From: Raillietiella orientalis
Taxonomy: Eukaryota
Direction: 5' to 3'
NCBI GenBank assembly: GCA_036172245.1
Contig: JAYWIR010000001.1
Location: forward strand, 2,852,001 to 2,916,000
DNA: 64,000 nucleotides
Position 1 is the first letter of the stretch; the number at the start of each line of letters is the position of its first letter. Shown one piece after another: positions 26,547-40,700 of this stretch. The notes beneath the pieces were generated by a model that saw nothing but the letters and a program-made list of their open reading frames with translations, searched no databases and was not told the DNA's origin. A program made the position numbers and the translations under genes.

Positions 26547-27086
26547 CTCACTCAAGTAGCAGGAGTCAGCGCTTCTGATGTTGCACTGGCGTCTTCCCTG
26601 CAACGCGCGCCGCTACCACTGGACGTTGGGGAGGGTGAGCCCGAACTGTGCAGTGTGAGGGGAAAAGGAATCTCTCTCCCACCTGTTAGTGGACTGCATT
26701 GCCCTCCAGCCCCTTTGGAAATGTTTTGCGACGACCCTTCGGATCCCGGTTGGCGAGGAAGCAGCGAAAGGGATGCCATCGAATGCGCAGTTCGCTTCCT
26801 GCGAATTGCCTCCAGATGGCCCCACCTGGGAAGTCGACGGCATCCTGAAAAGGATGGATCCTCACCCCAGAGGACAGTGATCCCTTCCCGGCCCTCCAGA
26901 GTGTTTCTTTTTTTTCCCCCCCCTTCATTTTTCTTTTTGTTTTTTCCCCATCCCCTCCGAGGAGAGCCGAGCCGGTCTACGTACCGGCGACCCGGCACGT
27001 CCCGTGAAGTATTGGGCGTAGTGGGACCTCGTACCACGAATGTACAGATGAGTTTGTAATAAACGCCCCGGCGTGACCGGGTGACA
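26547..27086 (+). mobile_element. 540-bp 5'-truncated LINE insertion with exact 14-bp TSD
   Basis: TCACCGATCCACAT at 26533-26546 and 27087-27100. Contains the zinc-finger region, RDAIECAVRFLRIASRWP, the UTR and the terminal hairpin; no poly(A). Confidence 0.88.
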
Positions 27087-30000
27087 TCACCGATCCACAT
27101 TTGCTTTCGGAACCTGGTAGCGGGAGCCGATTAAGTGGCCATGTTTGAAGCGAGCTCTTTTCTTGTGGCAACGAACATGTTTTAGGATTCGATGCAAGCA
27201 AGGATGTCTCACTCTGGGCAGTTTTTACGCTTGCAGTTTTTTTTTTTTTTTTTTTTTTAATTACGAAATCCCCGATCAACAGGTCTCTTTCGCCCTTCTA
27301 CGGAGGTAAAGGTGGAAACAATGTTCCTTAGTGGTCAATAGCTCCATTGGTACTTTCTAAGGCATGCACATCAAAGAAAAAGACCTTCCTTTTTTCTTTT
27401 TCCCTTTCTTCCTAGAGAAAAAGGACAGCAAAGGGGAAATTGAAATGTGGGGAAAGAGAATTTATTAAATGATTCTTTTTTGAGCTGAAGGTAACTAAAG
27501 AGGTAGCTAAAGAGTCAAGAACTAGATTTAAAGAGTTTGTACCGCAAGTGGATAAGCAATTCTACATGTTCCGTGATACTTTTCATGGCTTTGGAAACAT
27601 TGTGTGGTGTTTTTGTATCTTTCTAATTTCTCTTCAGAATATTCCGTGTTATAAAGCTCCTTACGGGGCTTTGCATGACAATGACCTCTTTTTATTGTAT
27701 ATGGAACGCAAAAGGGAGACTCGACTCTTTCAGGGGAAATCCTCCTTTCGCTTAAATGTCTGGAGAGAATCAAGAAAGTAGAGCAAACCGATCCATGGCA
27801 AGAGATTATAGAACAACCCTGGAAGAGGTGCAGATCGTTCTTGAACAGCATTAGGAAGAATGAGTCGATGATCAAATCTAGTCAGTGCCTTATTCGATGC
27901 ACGGTCTGAAAGAAATATTGTGAAAAGGTACAGAGGAATTGAGAAAGAAATGACAGAAAGAATAGAACTTCCCTGAGACTCTGACGTCAGCAAACAATTA
28001 ATGGAGTTCCATCTCGGTAGGTTTTTTGGACAAGATACCCAGGACTGTCGGGAATGTATGACCAAAACCGGTAGGCAGATGTGGCCCTATACGGTTGAAG
28101 CGTACGTGTAAACCTGTATATAGGATTAGACTAATGCCAACTTGTCTGTACACGCCTAAGTGCAAAGAGAAATGAAAAGGAAATAGATTGATACATAAAA
28201 CTGTAGGAAAGAAACGGAAAATCAGATGAACAATTGAATGAAAACATTTCAGGTGTAGAGAAGGTTTCGGGTAGCTTTTGTCCTGTTTATTACATCGTAA
28301 TGATTAGTAGACCGAAGTGAATTCAAAGTAGCGAAAGAGCTTGAAGGCAAATATTGTAAGCTAGGTTAAGGATTACGAGGCACTGAACTTGAGAATTCTA
28401 GGAGCTTCAGTTCTCTCTGTAATGATAATTAAGTGTGTGTGACCAGTTTGCTAATGAGAGAAAAGATCAATAGATTCTCATTTCTTAGCCCTGTGTGAAA
28501 CAAAGTAATAAAGCTTGAAGCGAATTACAGAACATTAGGACTGGGTCATTCGATAGAAACTTTGCATTCTACCCAACAGAATGATCTCAAATAAGGAGTG
28601 TTCCAAAAGTTTGGAGTCCAAGTGCTGGAAGCAAACAGGAGTCCACTCCACATTCATTTTCGCAGAATGCTCTGGAAGGAATCAACCGACTCTTAGGATC
28701 AGATGTCTTAGTTCTCCGATATTTCCATCCCCAGCTTCATTGAGGAAAAGACACTTTCCTCCTAAGCAACGAGAAACCAGCTTTTTCCTGTCCTTAAAAT
28801 TCTTTAACCATTCGCTTTTCTAAAAGGTTTGTTCCAGTGTAACCATATCTAAAGACTGCAGTTATCATCCTCGGCTTTAAATGTCTAATCTCAGAGCTTG
28901 CATACATATCAACTCTATTCGATCGTCCTGTAATATCTTCTTGACAGTCGTCATCCTGACAATGCGTTTTCCTATCTCTTGTATTTATTGATGCCCGCAT
29001 TCCATGATGTACTGACCACATGTTCCATGACTCATGTGGTCTCCAACGGAGCCTATTCAGCACTCCGTTTCCTCGTTCTCTTACTGCTTCTTTTCGGAGA
29101 ATCTCTTGCAATCTTCGTCTTATATGGCAAGGTCAACTACACTTAATTCGAGATTTCGCTAGTTTGCTTTCAACTGTTACTCTCGGTTAGAAAAGGCAAA
29201 ACACAGAGCCTGTGTTCATATTTTTTTTTTTTTTTTTTTGCATATGCTTTTTTCAAAAACACTTGAAAAATATTAACAGTGATTAAAATATGTAACAGAG
29301 TATTCACTGTTTCTAGACGATGCAAAATGAATCCTTTGCGTGTGATTCCCTATTTAAAATGTGATTTTCAAAGCTCTTCAGCTATGGTTTCCTTCAAAGT
29401 TTAGATCTAATAGTTTCAATTAAATCCTAATGGGAAACGTAAATCAAATCGTAGTTTGAGCAGAGAAGAATCCATGATTGATCCAAAAAATGGGCGCATA
29501 TGCAGTTTTAAAGAGGTTCTTCATTAAAGAGTCCCTTTTCAGGCAGTCCAGACACTGCAAGGCATTATGAAATGGATTAGTAAGGTATCGAAAGTTGGGA
29601 CAGTAATGATGGAGTGCCTCGTTCTTCTCGACGCCAACAGTGTTGAGAGAACGAAGTGCACATATTCCCGTTGGTTGGCACAATAGGCTCTTCCTAGGAA
29701 AGCTCTTTCTCTTCAGCTCGATATGTAGCTCACATGGAGAAATGAGGCCATGTCCTCTAGGTTTCGTGGTTTTCTTGGAGTAGTTTATAGCTATAATAGG
29801 GTTTGTTTCTTATAACCAAGGCTAATAAGGAGATGTGGAATGGTTTCCTGTCCATAGGTTCATCAGGGAGAAAGAAATCTTTCCTGAAGCCAAGCAGATT
29901 CTATACTTACCTGAAAGGTTTGTTTTCCACAAATCAAATGAATCTGCACTACAATCCCAAAGCATACAAAACAGTCCAAGAGACAGAAACCGAAAAATTT

Positions 30001-31796
30001 AAGTACAGATACGAGAATTCCCACGTTTCTTAGTGAATCATTCTTATTTCAAAGCAAGAAATATACGATATGTTGGCCTCTGTAGAGTGCATCATCTTCA
30101 GTGCTGGATTCGAGCTTCCAAACTTTCAGAATAGACAGTAGAAGAGAAAGTTCAAATCAGAAATCACCATTCGATACACTGAGAGGTTCTTGAATCGATT
30201 TCCTCCCAAGTAGCTTATCCAAGAAAGCTTCTTGTGTACACGCGAGGGAACCTTCCTCTCCCCTCCTTCCCCCCCAAAGTTGAAAATGACACAGAAATTT
30301 GGCATTTTTAGTTTGCGGTTAACCTTAGATTAACGAAGGCTCAATTGGTGTCTCAGCCGAATAAAACATGGGCGTTCTTGCATCATTATATGCATCACGC
30401 TTTATCAGTATTACCTTTGGTCGGTTCCAACTATTGGGGAGGCATTTCATACTTTAAAATCGAATGGAACTTGATGTGAGCAGGCACGTTTAAAAACGCA
30501 AAGTATACTTTTCCATCATAATTTGGATTTCCTTATTCTCAGCACCTGTTTTAACTAATAATCCAACAATCAAGGAAATGCCAATTTCAAATATATTGAC
30601 ATTTTATTGCGTGTTGGGGTCTTATCTTGCAAAATCACACTGCTTATATTCATGGGGGAAGTATTTGTACGGAAATTGTAGGGAAACTGAAAATCATGTA
30701 ACTGGATCAGCAATTTTCTGATCGAAAGGATCATAAATCAATGGCGTTATTGATTGGAACTTAAAATATTGCACGAAATAACATTAGTTTAATAAGATGG
30801 TGAAAAAAGAAAAATTCCTAGAATTTTTGAAGAAAAAAGGATATTTATATATTTAAGAGAGATTTTTTTTATTACAGTGCAAGATATATTAAAGTTGCGT
30901 GCTTTGTCTAAGAGTCAATGTAATTCAAATCAAAAGCCCTATGAATGTTTACAATCATGGTCCATGACAGAAAAAGTGCGACCAAACAAAGCTCTTATAA
31001 CCTCGAACTGGAAACAACATTATTAAAAGGCAAAGAGTAATTCAAGTAAATGAAACGTCTAAAACTTATTCATTTTGAATTTTCAAGCATTCAAATTCGT
31101 GCTCATCATTTTCTAGTAAAACTCTAAGGAACAAAATTCTTATCTTTTATTTTTTATCCCTGGATCAAAATCTATTTACAACATTATTCTCTGTAATGAA
31201 CTTATGAACTGGCAAAATATTGTGGAATTAAATTCGATGATTCGGATAAAACATTCTAAGGCGTTCTATTCAATCTAATTTTGCTCATTACATTTGTAAT
31301 AAAAGTGAATCATTCCATTTCTAATTGTGCAAGTATGAAATTTGATTTGTTCTTTTCAGTGGATATCCTGATAAAGTGAATGGAACCATATGTTTTTGTA
31401 ACGTGATGTAGTCATGTGTTCTTACGAATGTCATGTTTTGTTGCATTTGTTTGCATTATCAGATTTCTTTGTTCATTGTAAATTTAATATTTATTGTGAT
31501 ATCAGAAAAGAGTGCTCAATATCACGGTAAGGCATTTCACCCAGTACCTTTTTCTGGATGTAGAGTGACTGTTTTCGATTCTTGTTTACATTTCACTCCC
31601 TAAAACGCTTGTGCTTGTATTCATTCATGTGAATGTCCTGGTTACAGAAAGTGGATTGCCCATGGTTAGAAAGATGAGATCTTTATTGTATGTTATCATA
31701 ACAAAAACATTATGCTTAATGAAACTGGCTGCAAAGGAATGAAAGTCTGCAGTTGCAGGAGAGTTGTATTACAATGCATAATAAAATGTGTTTCAG

Positions 31797-34700
31797 ATGA
31801 CTACACTTCAGAATTTGTTGACTATGAGATTACTGAATTGAAATTCCATCGTGGCTTGAACAGAAGGGAGATTTTAGAGGTAAACCTTATTTTTTATGAT
31901 GTGTATCCAGAAGAAACGTGCAATAACCACCTTTTTTTTTTGTATTGCACACAAAAAATTTTTCCTTTACCCCAATGCTCGCGTTTTAAGCATTGCAAAG
32001 TTTACATAGAAACTGAAATAAAGTTCTGTCCAGATGTACTACTGTTATCCAAAAAAACTTCATCTTGGATATCAGATTCTTTACTAATGTTTTCTTTCTT
32101 TTTGTGTGAAATCTGTATTTTTAATGTCGTTTGGCATCTGATAGCGGAAATTGTTTCCAGGCTAACAGACTTACACATCTTACAATTGAGTTCAATGTTT
32201 TGGAAAAAACACTTATTGTGGACCTTTTACCAAACAGGTAATTGTGAACTTGGTTGTTTGCTGCATTGCTGTATTAAAAATCTTTTTAGGAAGTTATTTG
32301 TGTCTTCATATTTTGAAAAATTCCAAAACAAATCAGGACATTATGTTGATCACGATGGGTCTATGCACAAAGAATGTTATTTCTCAGGGCATTTAAGAAA
32401 TAAAACTGATTCCTTATCTTCATTTAATATTTGTGAGCATATAAGGTGACAGATCAATTTTACTCTCTATAAGTTAATTGAGAATTGCTTTTCAAATTAG
32501 TGGTGTTGTGTTTTATGAAAATGATCTCCTCTATGTGGTAAAAAAAATTGACTCACCAAACCATTATTATGTGTTCAGACATTCTCACTTGAAACCAAGT
32601 CCTGCATTTCCCAGTAAGTGTGTGTTTCAATGAATTTCTTATGTCATAATGAGTAATTAAGCCATACTTGCATATTGGTTTCTAACTCATTACAAATATG
32701 AATTAGACATCAATTGCTTGAATAAAAAACATTATCCAGGTATTGTTGTACATACACAGCACTACGAAATGTTTGTACTCATATGCAAGTTTTTTTGTGC
32801 CTTAAAGTCCTCGTTTTAATCCTATTATAGTCTTGCTTAATATGCAAAACTTAGTTGATTTTAGCTAGGAACTGAAGTAAATTTAGTGCTCATGTATACA
32901 CCACTTAATCTTTAACTGTTTAAAACTTAAATTGGTTGTAGGTTGACCTTTCTTTGAGTGCATTTTGCCAGTTGTTTGCTTATGTAAGCACTTCAGAAGA
33001 TGAATCATGTAGTGGGAAGGTTTAATTATTGTAGGGTACAATATGTGGCAAGATCTTTATGTGGTCTTTATGCATTACTTTAATTCATTTGTGCAAATTG
33101 TTTCATTTGGATTTATATCATTCACTTTGGATGCTCATAATGGTGATCAAGGATAATAAATAAAAAGAATAATGTTTTCTCAGGTAAAAAAAATCAATTT
33201 GCTACATTTTTCACATAACTGTTTATTAATGGAGATGCAAATTTGAATTCAGTACTAATTCATAGACTTGCTTGGATAAGCAATCTTGAACTGACAATGA
33301 CTACTTGGTTTAGTTGAATGTTAGTTCAGTCTCTTTGCTTTCAAATACTGAATAGGCGTACGTATTTTAGTATTTTCCGGTATTTTCTATAATCTATTAT
33401 GACATCATCAAATTATTATTAGATTCATCTCATCCTAATCTGAATCCAGTTTTCAATATTCAAATTAAATTCAATTTAAAAAGAATCTCTATTTTAATTT
33501 TAATTTAATCCTTTTGACAGTAAGAGGAATGCATCAAAAAGTTTTAGATGCAATTCATCATGAAAACAAATTGGAGGGCTTTAATTAAAACAACATTAGT
33601 ATGCCTTTAATAGTATATGTAGTATTGCATGTTGTAATAGAATGGTGACGAGCAGTTATCAGCAGTAACTGATCTTTAAAATGCTGTTGTAAACTAAGAA
33701 TAATCAGTAAATAGTCCTTAAGAATCCAAGGAACTATAGAGCTTTCTTGAGAATTAGAGTGGATGAAGAGTAATTGAAGGTCAGAGTCTGAGAAATAATG
33801 CTCACCAAAACATATGAAAAACTTGCCAAAAAGGATTAATATATTAGACTATACATTAATGAGAAACAAAAAATTTTCCTTGTATTGGTGCAGTTTCTTG
33901 AAAGTTAATGCTTTTTGCTTCAATGTTAGCAATATTCAAGATTTTACATTACCAGTAATCGTAGTGAATTTCATATAAAACTAAGTTATAAGAAATCTTG
34001 AATTTCTTTTTAGTCATGATTGATTATTTCTGACACAAACGGCAGAGCCATCAGATGAATGAATTTGAACACTAGCACAAATAAATTTTGTTAAATTGTT
34101 TTTTAAAGTTTATTAACACTTTATTTAACACTAATAAGAAATCAAATAGAAGTTATTTTCTGCAAAGTACTTACAAACATCTCTTGAAGCAAAAATTATA
34201 TCTTTAATGTAAAATATAATTTTGATTATTAAGTTAGTATTTTTGGAAAGGTAAAACTGCATAATTTGTCATTATGGCTGATTTCTATGTATTACCATGC
34301 ATTTCTTATTATAATTCCTATTCAACTTGTGCACTAATCTCTTTGTTTGCATATGTATTGCCTTCATTTGAACTGAATTTTAATGTTGTACTAAGTTGAG
34401 GCTTATGTCTGTCTCACTTATTTTCATGGATATCATGAAATATTAAAGCTTTTTCAAGATTATTTTGTTCTGTAATAATGAAATAGGTATCCAATGAGAA
34501 AAGGATTCTTATTATCAAGTAAACGGAAATGAAATTAAGTAGAAAAATGATGATGAATGATCTTTGTGCATAGCTGTGTTTCTATCATTGTCCTAGAATT
34601 GTTAGAAACGAAAAATTTCGTGGCTGTTCTTTTTTCACTTTTTTTCTGTTTCTTTTTATCTCCTTCAAGTGTGATATTTTTCCAATTCTGTTTTTGAAGT

Positions 34701-37700
34701 TTTTTGGATTGGCGGTTTAAGAAGTAATCAAAACAGTGGAAGATCCATGGAATTCAGCCAGGTTTTTGTTCATTGTCATGCTATGCATAATGTTTGTATT
34801 TAATTCAGAAGTCCTGAAAACTTATTAGGTTTTCCAAACATTGAATACGTAAAAGAAATCATTGGTGTTCGCTGATAATTTTCACAAAGTAAATTAGTAA
34901 ATTTTGGTTAAAAAATTATATCTGATGCTCTTAAGGTACAATGTGTGATAGTGCCAATCATCGACTCCCTAAGAATTCACACATTGATATGTATGAATGA
35001 CTCTGTTTATATTAGATGATTTCGTGTTTCTTTTCATGTCATAAAATTCCGTTTGCACGAACTGTAGTATCATGTGTACAAACTGAATATATGAAGATTC
35101 TCCTGTTTTTGTAATTAGAGATTGATTAATTGATTATTGTAATAGGGTGATCCTATTTTCTTAATTTTAGAATCTGCTGGAAATGTTTTTCATGATGTAA
35201 GAAAGGTGATTATCCTTGAAAATTGATGAAATGAATATTATTGTGGGGTATTTTAGAATACGCGGTTAAAACGATCCACAAGGTCAAAGGGACCACATGA
35301 TAAAAAATACAGGATTAGATCTGGTCCTAGCACTGTGGATTGGGATCCACGTTATGTAGAGTTGGTGCTTGTAGTAGATAACAGTGAGTATAAAGAATAC
35401 AAGGAAGATAAAGAAATGATTTACCAACGATGCAAGACTATTGCAAATATTTTGAATATGGTAATGTTTCAATCCTAATGGGATGTAACAATATGTTCTA
35501 ATCAGCTCTTCTCATCTCTTAACATCTATATTGCTCTGATTGGTGTGGTCATATGGTCCGAGTTTGATGAGATTGGACTTTCTGACAATGCAAACATCAC
35601 ATTAGATAGTTTTCTTCGCTACAGATATGAAAAATTGCTTCTCGGTCATCCTAATGATAATGCCCAACTTATAACGTAATTTATTTCAGTCTGTAATGCA
35701 TCAGTCATACTGTGATTTTTCCTTTTGTAGAGCCATGATATTTAAGGGTAATGTAGTAGGGAAAGCATTCAAAGGTTCCATGTGTACGTACAAATATTCC
35801 GGTGGAGTAAACCGAGATCATAATCGGTTGGAGGGAATTCTTGCGCTCACCATTGCACATGAAATGGGGCACAATTTTGGCATGGATCATGACAATGAAG
35901 AATCTCTATGCCCATCAGGACACTGCTTGATGTCATCATCAACGTATGCTGCTTTCTCTGGTCACAGAGGTTCTTTTCAATATTTGATCCTCAGGCATTG
36001 TTCTTTTAACAATGATGACAGTGGCTGTCTGTCGGATCCTGCATTTACTTGGAAATCATTTGGATGGAGCTCTTCCAGCATAGAATATGTCAAAAATTCT
36101 TTCCAACATGGAATGGGCCAATGTCTGCTGAATCCTCCAAAATCATTGTTTGGCCCTGTTTGTGGCAATGGGTTTGTTGAAGATGGGGAAGATTGTGATT
36201 GTGGCCAGAGAATAGTGTGTGATAATAGTTGCTGTGATGCTGTTACGTGCAAATTTTTGCCAAATGCAACATGTGCCAATGGCGAATGTTGTGATTTGAA
36301 GGTATGTTTTCTTTATTCTAGGAATTGTAGATTGGAGATTATTGGTATTTGTAGTAGTGTATTATTTTCGATAAATTTTTCTGTGGAATAAAATAAAAGG
36401 ATATCAGTGATGAAAGGCATTTTTTGAATGTGTACACATTTAAAATATTTGGTCTGCTCTGGGTTTTCTTGTTATCCCATATTTATTCAAAAATGCGAAT
36501 GTGGGTGGAGTTTGATTTATAAAGTGGAGAATAAATCACTCCTAAGCAATTTTTCTAGACATGCCAATTGATGTTGACTGGAACACAGTGTCGCAAGAGC
36601 CATGGTGAATGTGACCTACCTGAACATTGCAAAGGGGATTCTGAGTTTTGTCCAGACGATGTTTTCATGCAGGATGGCACTTTGTGCAGTAATAAACAAG
36701 TATGAATTTTTCTTACATAAAACTTGTTTATAACTTGTTTTTCAGGGCCGTTGTTATAATGGGCAATGTGGAACTCATGATGGACAATGTAAACTTTTAT
36801 GGGGCAAAACTGGCATCAATTCAGATTTACAGTGTTATTCAAATAATGTAAAGGGTGATCTGCAAGGCAGTTGTGGATATAACCAGACCAATAAAACTTT
36901 TGCAAGATGTCAGAAGTCGTGAGTTTATCATTTTGACGATTTTTAATATTAAAAATATTTGTAGCTACTTTCAAAAATTTCAAATAATGATGATGCAAGG
37001 ATCAATAAGCATCATTCATTATTGTTGTTATTATTCATTTAATACTTATTCATTATTATGGCCGTTATTGCAAGGATTTTAGAAACAAAATGCAGTATAC
37101 ATAGTGCATAGTTAAGCAGAATGATTGTCAATTGCCAATATTACTTGTATGTCATGATTTTATTTGAGGAATTTGTTTACTGAGGGTCAATTTCCTGTTG
37201 CGAAAATGGCTTTCTTCATTGATGTTCTTGAGCACAAATGCTTGTAATTGAAATAAAGATTAATATGTGTGTACAGAATATACGTGATGTGTAATTGTTA
37301 TTTGACATTGGATGTTTAGATACAATAATTTTTCTCTTATAGAATTAGTGCAATGAGTCAATGATTTCCTTACTATTTAGTTTTTCGAATGCGTTTTCAG
37401 GGATATATTGTGTGGAACTGTGCAGTGTAATCATAAAAATGAAAGGCTGGAATTTGGATCAGAGTCATCAGCAGAGTTAGGCACAACTATAATTAAGGTC
37501 CAAGGAGAACTGATTATTTGCAAAACTGCAGTGATTGATCTTGGTCTTGAAGTTAGAGATCCAGGATTGGTTCCCAATGGTGCCATTTGTGGAGAAGGCA
37601 AAGTAAGAAATGTATCTTTACTTTTTTAGTGCATGAAGTTATGGCTATTTATCAAAATTTTGGTGTATATCATTCAGAAGGATTTTTTTTTCCCCCAACA

Positions 37701-40700
37701 ATTCAAAAGTAATCTTGTCAATGGAATCTTGAGGAGTATTTTTAAAATTATTACTATTGTATTGTGTTTTGATCTTTCATGTGTTTTTATGCATTGTTTT
37801 ATTTACACTAAATAGTCTTAACAAATATAAGTCTTATTAACAAAAATAACTCTTATTAACAAATTTAAATATGATGAAAACAAAAAATCATTACAGAAGT
37901 AGGGTTTATAAAAGATTGTTGGCATCAGTATCTTTACCAATTTTTCTTTGTACTTGTATTCGGTTATGTCCTATACACATTGCCTTTCATTAATGCATGA
38001 TACAGGAAGATTCAAGCATACAAAGTGCATCACTCCGCTTTTGAAAGAACTATAAGAATCTACGAACAGATAATTTGATTGATTCGATCCTTGAATAACT
38101 TCCAACTTAGTTTTCTGTTTGCTTTATTTCTTAAATTTGTTTTGTAACCAAATGAAGTAAGTGAAGATTAGTGTTCAGTTTTCATTTGTAATGTAGCTGG
38201 TAGAGAAGAAGCAAATAACGTTCAGGATTTCTTATAATGAAACAAAATATTTGAAAGCACTATGCATTCCATGCTTCATAAGTGTTTTCAATGAATGTTT
38301 AAAGCTACATTATATTCAATAAACATGGATGCTTATTCCCAGGGAATGCAGTTTTTAAAAAACTCGGAAATCGCGGCATTACATAGTCATATAGTTTATT
38401 CACAAGGGGAAAATGTAGTTGCTTAAACGATTTCAGATTCTCATTTGATAAATTCTGACTTCTAGTAATCCAATGTTGAAATTTCATTCATCAACTTCCT
38501 TTTTCCTGTTTTTGTGGTATTTTGATGAAATGGGGTGTTTTGTCTTATGCAGCAGTATGTTTTCAGATGTGTGTTGAGCAGAAGTGCGCCAATATATCGT
38601 CCCTTCAGAATTGCTCAGAATTATCGTGCAATTCGAATGGTGTTTGCAACAGCAAAGGAAACTGCCATTGTAATCCAGGTTATGCACCTCCTTTTTGCAA
38701 GAACAGAGGATTTGGTGGTAGTATAGACAGTGGTCCGTTGTACACTGGTAAGTTTCCTTTCTGCTGTTTCTGAGATGTTCACTAATGAAATTCTTATCGA
38801 TTTTGAACCAATTTTGAAATGTCTTGTTTCCTTATTATCTAACAGTTGGTATCTTATCGTAACAGATCATGCGTGTATCTTTCACATTATTACTGATAAG
38901 ATATTAGAGACGTGTGATGAGGTCCAAGTGAGAGTTTTCGGATTTTCAATCTGAGCGATTTTTGTGACCTGGTGAACGGTGCTTCTTATTTCAGACAGTT
39001 ATCGATTTGTCATCCACTTATCCATCTTTATTGGAATTGCGACTGGTATTTTGTTGCTGCTCTGCTTTTTATATTATGTTGTTCACAAATGCAAGAACAA
39101 GAGGAGCAAAACAAATACGTCCAAGTACGTGAGGATGCGGCAGAGGTTGCGTGAAATGTTTTTGCCATGCATGAAGTTTTTCTGTAAACCATCCCGCGCG
39201 GACCAAGTTATCAGGGAGTATATCGAAGCTCCGTTGGAGATGATGCAAAACTAAGATAAGGTGCACGATCTCTGTTAGTCATTAGTCATAACTTTTCGCC
39301 TTCCTGTTCTTCATTACTAACTTTTCCCACCTTATAGTTGGTATGAAGGCAATGAAGATGCAACTCCGCATTTTGTAGACGAGTGACATGAAAAACGAGT
39401 TTTTCAGTTTTTCCATTTTTGTCAAGACTTGCGGACCTATTAAACATCTGCCATTATCATCATCGTGTGAACGTGAACGTAATTCAGTTGCAGTATAATT
39501 TTTTTATTTTTTTTTTTTAAAAAAAAACAAAAACAAAAAACAAAGAAAAGATGCCTGTCGCAGAGTTTGATATCAAGAGCTCGTGGCATGGACGCAATTT
39601 AATTAGGTAGTACTGTGGCGTAGAGAAGAACGTGCCCGAAATTCGCCAAAACTACGCCCGAGGTTTATCCGATTTTGAAATTTCTTTGCCTTTGTGAAAC
39701 AAAAAAGCATTATGCAGAAGGGAGAAATGCTCCTGGCTGCTGTTCGTTAGCATTCCCTCCTTGTAGCCCATGTCCCACGCGCAACTGGCAACGACCACAT
39801 AAAGTTGCGAGGGTAATGTTAATTTATCAAAATGCTCCATCGAAAGCGCCCCTCGAAAACTTTTGCTTTTTTTTTTTTTTTTTATGCCGATTGATTGTTT
39901 GCTTTAAAGAACAGACCCATAATGGTGTGTGTGTGTTTTTAATCAGCTGATCACGATTGCGGTTTCAAGGTTTCTCATTTCTCCCAGAATTCTCTCATCC
40001 TCAACATCTTCAATGCTTTTCGCATCGCTGTATGGACATTGTCTCCAAACAGCCTATCGTAGATTAGGCCTTGTGAACCCTGGATCCCCCATACGATTTC
40101 CAAACACTGTTCCATGAGCTACTAACCGCATCATTTGATTTTTCGTTCCAGAATTCCTTTTTCCGCCCTGGTGTTGGCCAAACTGCCTATTCATTTTAGT
40201 CTGTGGTGGCAAGCAAGTCTAACTCGCTGCTGTTGTTGTTCCAGTTACGGGATGGGCCCGTGCCTCTGCCTGCCCGCCATCCAAGGCGCGGACGAGGAAC
40301 ACAGTTCGGTCTCTCAAGCTAGAAAGCGGGAGCATCGAGATACTGCGATTGTGTGCGAGCCAAAAGCCTCGTGCTTGCGTGCCCTGTTTCTTCGCGGGAC
40401 CAAGAAGGATTTTGGTTTGTGCCGTGTCGGATCTAAGAAAAGCAGTGTTGCCCACACAAATCCGAAATACAAGTTCGACAGGGTGCAGCTGCGTCACGTG
40501 GTCATCTCGGGTCCCCTGTCCGAAAGTTCAGTGCTCTCCACCGAAAATTTGTACGAGAACCAAAGGAAGCGTTCTCCCGAGGTGCAGCAGCAGAAGTCCG
40601 ACAGAACTTTCGCCAAAAAATCGAGGCCCTTGAGCATAGCAAGGCCGAAAGTGCCTCCTCCACCCCCTCCTCCTCTTCTCCCTTGCACCACTCACGACGG

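Noticed and set aside
31662..31742. MVRKMRSLLYVIITKTLCLMKLAA as the ADAM signal-peptide exon
   Set aside because: No canonical phase-1 donor links it to the 31797 exon before the stop; left unresolved.
31712..32449. 245-aa ORF as a standalone gene
   Set aside because: It is a read-through of ADAM prodomain exons and introns.
33030..33060. GTICGK as a missing cysteine-switch exon
   Set aside because: It is out of phase with the upstream donor at 32613.
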